64,000 nt of DNA, taken from assembly GCA_049322915.1 (NCBI GenBank), contig JBMOPW010000034.1, positions 520,567-584,566 of the forward strand, read 5' to 3'. The notes under the pieces were generated by a model, which worked only from the letters and a program-made list of their open reading frames with translations, ran no database searches and was not told where the DNA came from. This DNA comes from Candidatus Zhuqueibacterota bacterium (GTDB lineage: Bacteria; Zhuqueibacterota; Zhuqueibacteria; Thermofontimicrobiales; Thermofontimicrobiaceae). The stretch's first letter is position 1. Each line of letters opens with the position of its first letter. Of this stretch, positions 10,823 to 20,286 are shown in pieces. A program made the translations under genes and the position numbers.

Positions 10823-11115
10823 TTTTTTGCTTGATTTAAAATGATGGAATATTTATCTTGTTCTGTCGCGACAACGCCGGGACATGTTGTCCCCCCCATG
10901 CGATGCAGATAAGGCTTCCACGTGCGTTGACGCCTGGTTTCGCTGATCAATTTCATGCGGAGACAATTATTTTAAAAAGGAGCTTTTGGCTTTTGGCTTT
11001 TGGCTATTGGCTTTCGGCGGCGGGAAAAACTTATTTTCGTTCAGACCTCCGCGTTGTCTTTCAAAGAGCTGATGGCTGAATGCTGATCGCTTCTCACTCA
11101 ATTTAGTTTATAAAA

Positions 11116-11472
11116 ATGGGTCGACTCTAACCTGAATTATTCATGAACTTGCTCAGAATTTGAGTCAACATTCAGATTTTCAACTAGCTAAAAACTAAGC
11201 TATTTTGAAATTCAGTTTTTGTACGTTTATTCTAAAAAGAGCACCATTCAGGTTAGCCAGCCTCCTTTAAAAATACTATGAATAATGCAGGCTAAAAAGC
11301 CTTAAAAAAACTTGATACGTTGGGTATGGTATCTTTACCACGTTATAAATGACGTGGCTATTTAACTGATAAAAATATAAGTTATATAATTTGAACAGCC
11401 CCGACTTTTGAGCGGGGAACAGAAATTTACCTCTGATTTTGGGGCTTCAGCCTCTTTTTAGAGTGGACTCAT
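11116..11472. mobile_element. MITE-like repeat A, copy 2 (interrupted by MITE B)
   Basis: With the insert removed, the left end ATGGGTCGACTCTAAAAAG matches the reverse complement of the right end CTTTTTAGAGTGGACTCAT at 17/19 positions; body matches 8506-8698. Confidence 0.72.
11131..11291 (+). mobile_element. 161-bp MITE B, copy 1
   Basis: TIRs CCTGAATTATTCAT / ATGAATAATGCAGG; CTAA on both flanks; near-identical inverted copy at 42626-42786. Confidence 0.82.
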
Positions 11473-11494
11473 TATAGCCACAGAAATCGACACC

Positions 11495-12730
11495 ATGACA
11501 TTTCGAACAACTGAACCATTGCAGCCACGACCTTATGTATTGACAAATAAAATCCAGCCGTATGAATGGGGCAGCCGGGGATCGCTGGCATTTATTCCGA
11601 ACCTCCTCGGGATCGCGCCCGTACCGGACAAGGCGTATGCGGAAATGTGGATGGGCGCTCATCCCGGCGCGCCATCGACCATTCGGCTGGATGATGCGGA
11701 TGTGCCGCTGACCGATGTGATCGGACAATTTCCTGAACAGTGCCTGGGGCCACGGGTTCAGCAACGGTTCGCCGGAAAATTGCCCTTTCTTCTCAAAATT
11801 CTCTCCGCCGAAAAAGCCCTTTCCATTCAAGCCCATCCCAATAAAAAACAGGCGGAGCAATTGCACCGATACCATCCTGAGCATTACCCGGACGATAACC
11901 ACAAGCCGGAAATTGCCATTCCACTCGATTCATTGACCGCCCTCGTGGGCTTTAAATCCATCGCCGATCTGGCCGCCACGTTTGAAACATACCCTGAAAT
12001 AGCGACCTTCATCGGCGATGATTTGCCGGCGCAATTCCAGCCCGGACGGACGGATTCGGCGCTATTGAAAGCCATGTTCGCCCGGTACATTCGCAACGCC
12101 ACGGCCGATCCGCGGCAATTAGCTCAAACCACCGATGCGCTGGAAAAGCGCCTATCCATTTCATCCGCCAGTCTGTCGGACGAAGCGCGATTGTTTTTAG
12201 AACAAAAACGGCTCTACGACAGCGCCGATGTGGGCCTGATTTCCATCTTTCTGCTCAACCTGGTTCACCTGCGACAGGGCCAGGCAATTTTTCTGGACGC
12301 CGGAATTCCTCACGCCTATATTCGGGGGAACATCGTCGAATGCATGGCCAATTCGGACAACGTGGTGCGCGCCGGCCTCACGCCGAAGTACAAAGACGTG
12401 GCGACGCTGGTGGATATTCTGACCTATCAGTCAGGGCCGGTCCCGATACTTCAGCCCGACGAACAGGGCGACGAGACCGTCTACCGCGTGCCCATTTCCG
12501 AATTCGAAATTCGTCGCTGGCGATTGGCTGCCGGCGGCCGTAAAGTCCAGACGAACAATCGATCGCCGCAGATTGTGTTGATCACCGACGGCCGGATCGA
12601 ACTGAGTTGGAAGGATTCGGTTGAAATCCACAGCCGCGGCGAGTCGCTTTTCATTCCGGCAGCGTTACATCAATTCAGCATTACTGCCAGCGAAGAGGCG
12701 ACTGTTTTCAACGTGGCGGCGCCGGTTTGA
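11495..12730 (+). CDS. manA: Mannose-6-phosphate isomerase, class I
   Basis: YEWG, AEMWMGAHP, LPFLLK, LSIQAHP, YPDDNHKPE, PHAY, MANSDNVVRAGLTPK. Confidence 0.93.
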   Translation: MTFRTTEPLQPRPYVLTNKIQPYEWGSRGSLAFIPNLLGIAPVPDKAYAEMWMGAHPGAPSTIRLDDADVPLTDVIGQFPEQCLGPRVQQRFAGKLPFLLKILSAEKALSIQAHPNKKQAEQLHRYHPEHYPDDNHKPEIAIPLDSLTALVGFKSIADLAATFETYPEIATFIGDDLPAQFQPGRTDSALLKAMFARYIRNATADPRQLAQTTDALEKRLSISSASLSDEARLFLEQKRLYDSADVGLISIFLLNLVHLRQGQAIFLDAGIPHAYIRGNIVECMANSDNVVRAGLTPKYKDVATLVDILTYQSGPVPILQPDEQGDETVYRVPISEFEIRRWRLAAGGRKVQTNNRSPQIVLITDGRIELSWKDSVEIHSRGESLFIPAALHQFSITASEEATVFNVAAPV

Positions 12731-12890
12731 ACAGCGCCCTGTCCAAGCACCCTGAAGATAGAGCACGATGACTTTCTGTCTCTGCATTCCATCGAGGGAA
12801 TGCGCTCCAGATGATTTTTTTCAGAGGTAAGACTCACTCGGGACTTCGTTGAATTAAAACATAGCGAAGTAAACTTCAAAGTAAAACATA

Positions 12891-12955
12891 GAACGCGGAT
12901 GACACTGATAATCCGCCAAAAAGATGGCGGACATTCCGCACGGATTTACACGGAT
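12891..12955. repeat. Intergenic repeat D, copy 1
   Basis: gaacgcggatgacactgat-aatccgcc...ggcgga...cggat; related copies at 14392-14457 (direct) and 14474-14526 (inverted). Confidence 0.6.
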
Positions 12956-13057
12956 AAGATTTTATTTTCAATTTCAAAAACCGAAAAGTTTACAATGATT
13001 TTATCAAATTTACCTATGAATAAAATGAAAAATTAATGGCAGGAAGGATGTGAGAAC

Positions 13058-14362
13058 ATGCGAACCGAACATGAATTAAATCGACGAAGTTTCGTGTCGA
13101 GATTATTGGGTGGAATTGCCGGCAGCGCGCTGGGATTTGCTGCGCTGGAAGAACGTCTCGCAACGGCAGCCTCTGCGGCGCCGCTGCCCAAGCTCAATGG
13201 AAGTCTCGATGAAAATTTTTGGAAGATGGTGAAAAATCAATTTTTATTGCAGAGCGATAGAATTTACATGAATACCAGCGGCCTGGGTCCCTGCCCGCGC
13301 GGGGTCATCGATACGCTGATAAAATCCACGCTCGACCTGGAAGAGGAGGGCGAACACGGCCATCATCTGGTGTATGACGTGAACAGGAAAGCGGCTGCAT
13401 TTTTGGGCTGCCTGCCCGAAGAGATCGCCATCACGCGGAACACCACGGAAGGGATGAACATCATCGCGCGCGGCCTGCCCCTGAAAAAGGGCGACGAAGT
13501 GCTGATGACCACCCACGAGCATCCCGGCGGCGCAGTCCCCTGGCTGGGACTGGCCAACGACATCGGGCTTAAAATCAAACTGTTCGAACCGGGCAATTCG
13601 CACCAGGAAATGATCGATCTGGTGAAGCAGAACATCACAAAGAAGACGCGGGTGCTGTCGGTCTGCCACATCCCCTGCACCGTGGGTTTCATTTACCCGG
13701 TGAAAGCGCTGGCCGAAATTTGCCGCGATAACAATATCTTCTTCGTGCTGGACGGCGCCCATCCGCCCGGCATGATTCCGTTCAGCCTTCATGATACCGG
13801 CGCGGATTTTTACGCCATGAGCGGCCACAAGTGGCTGTTGGGTCCCAAAGGCACCGGGCTTCTCTATATTCGCAAAGAGATGTTCGAGGTCTGGAAGCCG
13901 GCTCAGGTGGGCGCTTATTCCGAGAAAAAATACGAATTTGAAAATTTGATCTTTCAACACAAGCACGAAGCCAATGCCACCGAATACGGCACGCGGAACG
14001 CATCCCTGTCGCTGGCGCTGGGCGCGGCCATCGATTTTATCGATACCATCGGCATCGAGCACGTCGCTGCGCGTGGCAAGGCCATGGCCGATTACTTCCT
14101 GGCGGAGCTGCTCAAAATGCCGGAACTGGTGACTGTGCTGACCCCGCTGGACGAGAACGTGCGCGCATCGGTGATCACGTTCAAACCGAAAAACATGCTC
14201 TACACAGACCTGCAAAATAAAATCAGCGAGCAAGCCAACATCCGGCTGCGGGGCATCAACGAACACAATCTCAACGCGATCCGATGCAGTTTTCACGTGT
14301 TCAACAATTTCGAAGAAGTGGATAAATTAGTGTTCACCATTAAAAAAATTCTGAGCGCCTGA
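13058..14362 (+). CDS. Class V PLP-dependent enzyme (isopenicillin-N-epimerase/cysteine-desulfurase-like) with Tat signal peptide
   Basis: LNRRSFV twin-arginine motif; NTTEG, HEH, DGAH, SGHKWLLGPKGTG (PLP lysine). Confidence 0.82.
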   Translation: MRTEHELNRRSFVSRLLGGIAGSALGFAALEERLATAASAAPLPKLNGSLDENFWKMVKNQFLLQSDRIYMNTSGLGPCPRGVIDTLIKSTLDLEEEGEHGHHLVYDVNRKAAAFLGCLPEEIAITRNTTEGMNIIARGLPLKKGDEVLMTTHEHPGGAVPWLGLANDIGLKIKLFEPGNSHQEMIDLVKQNITKKTRVLSVCHIPCTVGFIYPVKALAEICRDNNIFFVLDGAHPPGMIPFSLHDTGADFYAMSGHKWLLGPKGTGLLYIRKEMFEVWKPAQVGAYSEKKYEFENLIFQHKHEANATEYGTRNASLSLALGAAIDFIDTIGIEHVAARGKAMADYFLAELLKMPELVTVLTPLDENVRASVITFKPKNMLYTDLQNKISEQANIRLRGINEHNLNAIRCSFHVFNNFEEVDKLVFTIKKILSA

Positions 14363-14391
14363 CCTGGACAGGCCGAACCAAAAAAGAAACA

Positions 14392-14526
14392 GAACGCGGA
14401 TGCCACGGATGATCCTCCTAAAAATTAGGCGGACGCTCCGCGCTGATCCACGCGGATTTTTTATCTGAGCAAACAGTGTCATCTGTACGGCGTGTCCGCC
14501 TTTCGTTTGGCGGATCATCCGTGTTC
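14392..14526. repeat. Intergenic repeat D, copies 2 (direct) and 3 (inverted)
   Basis: gaacgcggatgccacggatgatcc...ggcgga and tccgcc...ggcggatcatccgtgttc. Confidence 0.6.
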
Positions 14527-14659
14527 GAGTCAGAAATGGCATTGAAATACTTTTTCAAAAATGGTCAGTGAATTTCTTACAACTCCGAAATAGATGGATC
14601 ACATTTCCGAGTATGGCGCTTCAGTTAAAATTCATTTCATAACTTAAGAGGAGATTTCA

Positions 14660-15673
14660 ATGGATACACGAGAAAACTCCGTTTCATCCGAAGATGAAAT
14701 ATTGGACGAGTTTCAGAAAATTCGAAAGCAAATGAAATCAAACCCGAAATTAAGTACTGATGAGCAGATTGCCGCGGCTCAGAAAGAAAGTCAGGCCATC
14801 CTTGAGGTTTCAACCAGCTACACGGCAGAACATATTGTGAAAAGTCTGGCGAATCTTCAATTAGATTTCAACAGGACGATCGACGACATCTCGCGCAAGA
14901 TGCTGGATGAATCGGATAAGCTGGAAACGTGTCGAAAAGCGATTGCCATCCAGCAGAACAATCTCAGGGATTTGAACAATATTAAATCCGCACTTGGCGC
15001 GTTGAATTTGCTCAAGCAGAACCACCGATTGGAATTGGAAACGCTGGAAGCGGAATGGAAACAGCAGATGTCTCAGTTGCAGGTTGAAATCGCTGCAACT
15101 CGGCTCAAGTGGAAGAATGAGCAAAAAGAATTTGAGACCGCTGTGAAGGAACAGAAGCAGCTCCAGGCCAAGGATCGGAAGAAGAAAGAAGCCGACTATC
15201 AGTACGAGATTGATCGGAAACGGAAGCTTGAACTGGATGCGCTGCTGATGAAAAAGCAGGCGTTGGAAAAATCGCTTCTGGAAAAAGAACAGGAATACGC
15301 AGAGGACTGGCTGAAGCGCGAAGCGCGATTGGACCAACAACGCGCCGCAGTGGAGGAACTGAAAAGCAAAGTCGCGGCGTTCCCCAATGAAATTGAACAA
15401 GCCGTGAATTCCGCCCGAGCGAATCTCATTGAGGAGCTTCAGGTAGATGCCAGGATAAAGGCGGAATTATTCGAAAAGGACGTGGAGGCAAAAAACAAAT
15501 TATTCCTCGTCCAGATTCAATCACTCGAAGAAAATATTCAACATCAACGGAAACAAATCGAAGACCTATCCCGCCAATTGCAAGCCGTTCTGAAAGAAAA
15601 TCAAAGCATGGCAAATACGACGGTTGAAGGTTCTAAAAAAATGAGTCAGTCGCGTGGGGTAGACAATGAGTGA
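14660..15673 (+). CDS. Long coiled-coil hypothetical protein A
   Basis: 337 aa, E/K/Q/L-rich heptads, GAGGAG RBS. Confidence 0.75.
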   Translation: MDTRENSVSSEDEILDEFQKIRKQMKSNPKLSTDEQIAAAQKESQAILEVSTSYTAEHIVKSLANLQLDFNRTIDDISRKMLDESDKLETCRKAIAIQQNNLRDLNNIKSALGALNLLKQNHRLELETLEAEWKQQMSQLQVEIAATRLKWKNEQKEFETAVKEQKQLQAKDRKKKEADYQYEIDRKRKLELDALLMKKQALEKSLLEKEQEYAEDWLKREARLDQQRAAVEELKSKVAAFPNEIEQAVNSARANLIEELQVDARIKAELFEKDVEAKNKLFLVQIQSLEENIQHQRKQIEDLSRQLQAVLKENQSMANTTVEGSKKMSQSRGVDNE

Positions 15674-15719
15674 TATATTTTCAGTCAACTTCCATAAAAT
15701 TTTATAAGAGGGCAATGTT

Positions 15720-16835
15720 ATGGAAAAAAAAGTTGGTACCCGAAGTACAAAGACAGAATTGCTTCAAGAGTACGACGAGCTTTTCGACGAACATACCCGG
15801 CTCACCCGGGAATTGGAGCAGTTGATGAAAGAGAAATCTGAATGGAAAAAAAAGGAATTGCCGCCGACCATGCCAAAAACAACAATCGCCAGGAAAGCTG
15901 AAAATACGATGGAATCGCCAAAAGAAAAAGCGCCGATCGTTTCCACTGCGCTGGAAAATATCGTCCAAAATTTGAAAGCCCAGCGGATTCAAGTCGGGAC
16001 GGCCATTAACGACCTCTCCGCTCAATTGGTTTCCGAAGCATCCCAACTATCCGAAATCACGACTGAGTATCATCAGGCAAAACAGACTCTGGAATCAGCG
16101 CACACCATCCAGATAGAACTATCCACACTGGAAAAGCTGATGAAGGAGTACGATGAAAAATCAGAGTTATTTCAGCAGGAACTCCAGCAAAAGAATCAGG
16201 AATTTGGAGAGAAGCTACTCAGCCTGAAACGATCGTGGCAGAAGGAGCAGGAGGAATATGCCAGAACCATTCAGGAACGGGACGACAGCGAAAAATCAAA
16301 TACCCAACGCGAGGCCGAAGAATATAGATATGAACTGGCACAAAAGCAAGAAGCGGAAAATCAGACTCATTTTCAGAAAGTGAAAGATCTGCAGAAAGAA
16401 CTCGCTAAAATTGAATCGACTAAAAAAATAGAGTGGGAGACTCACGAGCAGCGTATTTCAGAACAAGAGCACGAACTGGATGCATTAAAATTTCAGGTGG
16501 ATAATTTCGACACGCACCTTGAAAACCAGATCAAGGCGATGGAGGAAAAAACTCGCGCTGCCCTGAAAAAAGAACTTCAACTGAAAGCAGAATTGAGAGC
16601 CAAAGAGGTCAATGGCGATTTTCAAATTCATACGACAAAGATTCAGTCGTTGGAAGAGATCATCAAAAAACAGGATTTGCTCATCGAAAACCTCAATGCC
16701 CAACTGAACGCTTCGTTGAAGCAATCTCAGGAACTCGCGTTGAAGGCCATTGAAGGCGCTTCCAATGCGCGTTCTTATCTTTCGATCAAAGAGATCGCTA
16801 TGGAACAAGCGAAGAACGTTCCGAAACGACAGTAG
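15720..16835 (+). CDS. Long coiled-coil hypothetical protein B (paralog of A)
   Basis: 371 aa; segments shared with A (W..EQ.E, EA.(D/E)Y.YE, KAEL..K(D/E)V, IQSLEE.I..Q). Confidence 0.75.
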   Translation: MEKKVGTRSTKTELLQEYDELFDEHTRLTRELEQLMKEKSEWKKKELPPTMPKTTIARKAENTMESPKEKAPIVSTALENIVQNLKAQRIQVGTAINDLSAQLVSEASQLSEITTEYHQAKQTLESAHTIQIELSTLEKLMKEYDEKSELFQQELQQKNQEFGEKLLSLKRSWQKEQEEYARTIQERDDSEKSNTQREAEEYRYELAQKQEAENQTHFQKVKDLQKELAKIESTKKIEWETHEQRISEQEHELDALKFQVDNFDTHLENQIKAMEEKTRAALKKELQLKAELRAKEVNGDFQIHTTKIQSLEEIIKKQDLLIENLNAQLNASLKQSQELALKAIEGASNARSYLSIKEIAMEQAKNVPKRQ

Positions 16836-16997
16836 GCAGACGGCTCTTTTTTCAACGCGCTTTTGGGCAGTAGAGCTTCAGTCTGCCGGCGGATGCAGCA
16901 TGGTTCGATTTCGATAAAATTTAAATATTTTTCTGACGGAATGGTTTTCAGATTGTATCCCCTGCGAAGGCTCACAGCCTTCACACGGATTAATAAG

Positions 16998-17166
16998 TTT
17001 CGTAACGGCTCAGGTGTCAAATATTTTGAAATGTAACGGAAGCCGCTGAAGCGGCTAAATTCTTTACGCGCATCGGATCTCACCATGCTGAAGCATGGCG
17101 CTGGTTCAACATTGTACCAACACCACGATTTATCGAGGTGCAACCCGCCAGCGAACCAGCCGCTTC
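16998..17166. repeat. REP-like palindromic repeat E, copy 1
   Basis: Hairpins agccgctgaagcggct, ccatgctgaagcatgg and cacgatttatcg; 56-bp core 17080-17135 is the exact reverse complement of 22695-22750. Confidence 0.8.
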
Positions 17167-17272
17167 AGCGTCTTCTGGAGCGCATGAGTTGAGTCGTTAC
17201 GAAGTTTCAATCCGAGAGCCACTTCGGCTTGATAAAAATAACAACCCATTCACAAAAAATGAGGGTAAATCT

Positions 17273-18319
17273 ATGGCAGGAATTGTTGGTTATGGTGCGT
17301 ACATCCCCAGATTTCGGATTAAGGTCGAAGAGATAGCCAAAACATGGGGAGCCGATGCGCCGAGTTACAAGAAAGGCCTGCTGCTGCAGGAGAAATCCGT
17401 TCCTGGTCCGGATCAGGATACCATTACCATGTCCGTGGAAGCCACCCGGAATGCGCTGGATCGCGCCGGCATTGACGCCCGGAAAATTGGCGCGGTGTAC
17501 ATCGGATCGGAATCCCATCCCTACGCCGTGAAACCGAGCGGGACCGTTGTCGCTGAAGCGATCAATGCGGTGCCGGACTGTCATACGTCCGATCTCGAAT
17601 TTGCCTGCAAAGCCGGAACCGAGAGCATGTTCATCTGCCTGGGACTGGTGGATGCCGGATTGATCGAATACGGTCTGGGCATCGGCGCCGATACCTCGCA
17701 GGGCGCTCCCGGCGATGCGCTGGAGTATTCCGCGGCCGCCGGCGCAGCAGCATTCATCATGGGCAAAAAGGATATCATCGCCGAAGCGGAACTCACCTAT
17801 TCGTACATGACCGACACGCCCGATTTCTGGCGTCGCGAGCATCAGTTCTATCCCAGCCATGGCGGCCGATTCACCGGCGAGCCGGCCTATTTCAAACATG
17901 TGGTGGGCGCGGCGACTGGCATCATGGAACGCGCTGGCAAAAAACCCTCAGATTTCCGATATGTTGTTTTTCATCAGCCCAACGGAAAATTCCCGCTCCG
18001 GGCCGGCAAAATGTTAGGATTTGAAAAGGAACAGATCGAGACCGGCCTGCTCTGCCCGTCGTTAGGCAACACCTATTCCGGCGCGTCGCCGTTAGGGTTG
18101 ACCGCCATTCTGGATGAAGCCGCACCGGGCGATCTCATCCTCATGGTTTCCTACGGCTCCGGCGCCGGCAGCGATGCGTTCATCTGGCGAACAACTCCGC
18201 AAATTACCCAAGTGCAGGGCAAAGCTGTGAAGACGTGGGACATGTTGAAAAATAACAGACACTATCTCGACTATGGCACCTACGCCAAGTATCGGGGTAA
18301 AATTTTGAAAAAAGAATAA
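17273..18319 (+). CDS. Hydroxymethylglutaryl-CoA synthase, archaeal type
   Basis: GIVGYGAYIPRFRI, GSESHPYAVKP, EFACKAG (catalytic Cys), DTPDFWRR, FHQPNGKFP, GNTYSG. Confidence 0.88.
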   Translation: MAGIVGYGAYIPRFRIKVEEIAKTWGADAPSYKKGLLLQEKSVPGPDQDTITMSVEATRNALDRAGIDARKIGAVYIGSESHPYAVKPSGTVVAEAINAVPDCHTSDLEFACKAGTESMFICLGLVDAGLIEYGLGIGADTSQGAPGDALEYSAAAGAAAFIMGKKDIIAEAELTYSYMTDTPDFWRREHQFYPSHGGRFTGEPAYFKHVVGAATGIMERAGKKPSDFRYVVFHQPNGKFPLRAGKMLGFEKEQIETGLLCPSLGNTYSGASPLGLTAILDEAAPGDLILMVSYGSGAGSDAFIWRTTPQITQVQGKAVKTWDMLKNNRHYLDYGTYAKYRGKILKKE

Positions 18320-18334
18320 TCTCAGGAGGTTTCT

Positions 18335-19495
18335 GTGAATAAAGAAGTTGCCATAATCGGTGTCGGTATGAATAAATGGGGCGAGCTTTGGGAGAAGTCC
18401 ATCAACGACATTTTCACCGAAGCAGCCCTGGAAGCCATGGATGACGCCGGCCTGGACCACATCGACGCCATGTACGTCGGCGCCATGTCCAGCGGACTGT
18501 TCGCCGGCCAGGAACACCTGGCGTCTCTGTGCTCCGACTATTTGGGAATGGGCCCCATCCCGGTCACCCGCGTGGAATCAGCGTGCGCCTCTGGCGGATT
18601 GGCCGTAAAAAGCGCTGTGCTGGACGTTTTATCCGGTGAACATGACATTGTGCTGGCCGCCGGCGTGGAAAAGATGACCGATGTCAGCGGCGACCAGGCC
18701 ACATTTGCGCTGGCCACAGCCGCTGATCAGGAATACGAAGTGTACCAGGGCGTCACCTTTCCGGGATTGTACGCCATGATGGCCCGCGCGCACATGTACA
18801 AATACGGCACGACGCGCGAACAGATTGCCGCTGTGGCCGTGAAAAATCACCTGAACGGCTCGCTCAATCCCCTGGCGCAATTCCCGCAGAAAGTCACCAA
18901 AGAAGAAGTGATGACATCCGTGATGATCGCCGAACCGCTCCGCATTCTCGACTGCTCGCCCATCACTGACGGCGCTGCGGCAGTCATCGTATGCTCCCTG
19001 GAAACGGCGAAACGTATCTGTAAAAAACCGATCGTCAAAGTCATTGGATTCGGCCATGCCACTGATACCATCGCCCTCCATTCCCGCGCGGATTTGACCA
19101 CGCTCAATGCGGTGAAATTGGCCGGAGAAAAGGCCTTCAAAATGGCCGGAAAGACGCACGACCAGATCGACCTGCTTGAAGTTCATGACTGCTTCACCAT
19201 CGCTGAAATTATTGTCACTGAGGCATTGGGATTTTTCAAATCGGGTCAGGGCGGACCGGCAGCGGAATCCGGCGCCACGGCGCGCGACGGGAAAATTCCT
19301 GTGAATGTCAGCGGCGGCTTGAAGTCCAAAGGCCACCCGGTCGGAGCCACGGGCGTGGCTCAAATTGTTGAACTCACCAAACAGCTTCGCGGCGAAGCCG
19401 GAAAACGTCAACTCAAAAAAGCCCGCGTGGGCATGGCCCAGAACATGGGCGGCAGCGGAGGCAGTTCCGTCGTACATATTTTGGAGGTAGCCTGA
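18335..19495 (+). CDS. Acetyl-CoA acetyltransferase (archaeal/SCP-x-type thiolase)
   Basis: [47 protein letters not shown]. Confidence 0.88.
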   Translation: MNKEVAIIGVGMNKWGELWEKSINDIFTEAALEAMDDAGLDHIDAMYVGAMSSGLFAGQEHLASLCSDYLGMGPIPVTRVESACASGGLAVKSAVLDVLSGEHDIVLAAGVEKMTDVSGDQATFALATAADQEYEVYQGVTFPGLYAMMARAHMYKYGTTREQIAAVAVKNHLNGSLNPLAQFPQKVTKEEVMTSVMIAEPLRILDCSPITDGAAAVIVCSLETAKRICKKPIVKVIGFGHATDTIALHSRADLTTLNAVKLAGEKAFKMAGKTHDQIDLLEVHDCFTIAEIIVTEALGFFKSGQGGPAAESGATARDGKIPVNVSGGLKSKGHPVGATGVAQIVELTKQLRGEAGKRQLKKARVGMAQNMGGSGGSSVVHILEVA

Positions 19496-19884
19496 TGTCA
19501 GTCCCCAGTTATCAAAGAGCAATGCCGCAGCGTTATCGCTATGAAGCGGCCAAATGTACCTCATGCGGTAAAATCTTTTTCCCACCGCGATTGATTTGTG
19601 ACCAGTGCAAATCCCGAAGTTTTGAGACCATATTTTTGAAACGCGAAGGCGTTCTGAAAACGTTCACTGTCATCCACGTCGCTCCCAGTTCCTTCGTCGA
19701 CCAGGCACCCTATGCCATTGGCGTCGTTGAATTGAAGGACGGCGTGAGAATTCTCAGTCAGATCGTGGATTGCGAATTTGATAATTTGAAGATCGATATG
19801 CCGCTGCGCCTGGAATTCAGGAAGGTCTCCGAAGACGGAAAAGGCGGCATCATCCATTACGGTTACAAATGCGTGCCGGCCTGA
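19495..19884 (+). CDS. DUF35 family Zn-ribbon/OB-fold protein
   Basis: CxxCG.IFFPPR..CxxC followed by an OB fold; start overlaps the thiolase stop. Confidence 0.88.
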   Translation: MSVPSYQRAMPQRYRYEAAKCTSCGKIFFPPRLICDQCKSRSFETIFLKREGVLKTFTVIHVAPSSFVDQAPYAIGVVELKDGVRILSQIVDCEFDNLKIDMPLRLEFRKVSEDGKGGIIHYGYKCVPA

Positions 19885-20286
19885 TGCCTGGCTGATGGTT
19901 CAGGCCTTCATTGTCACATTGTATTTCATTCTGTGCCACCCGAAGTTATTTCAAAAGGATGCGGCGCCGGGTTATCCCATAGCAGGTTCGAATGCGGCGC
20001 ATCGCCCATCTGTTCGACCGATGGACGCTTCATGGCCGCGCCCGCTGATGAATTGAGTTCAGCATCAATACTCCGGCGCTGTATTCGCGTCACTTTCAAT
20101 TGAAAACGCGCTTCGGATTCGTGCAGAGCACTCTCAGGTAACGCGATGCATGCTGTCGCCATGGGACTGCCTGTCTATTGCGCGTCCTTGTTAATCAGGC
20201 CCATGGCCCACGCCGGCTCAAAAGGGCTTCAATCAATCCGATTGAGAAATCGATTATGATTCAATTAACTGTTCAATACGACCAGG

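Noticed and set aside
10858..10930. Possible small RNA after the BCCP gene (promoter-like TTGATT-17-TATCTT plus a hairpin)
   Set aside because: The structure is weak and matches no family I recognise; support is insufficient
20120..20145. CTCTCAGG motif reminiscent of a glycine riboswitch
   Set aside because: The upstream GGAGA/CCGAAG elements are absent and the downstream gene is a sugar epimerase
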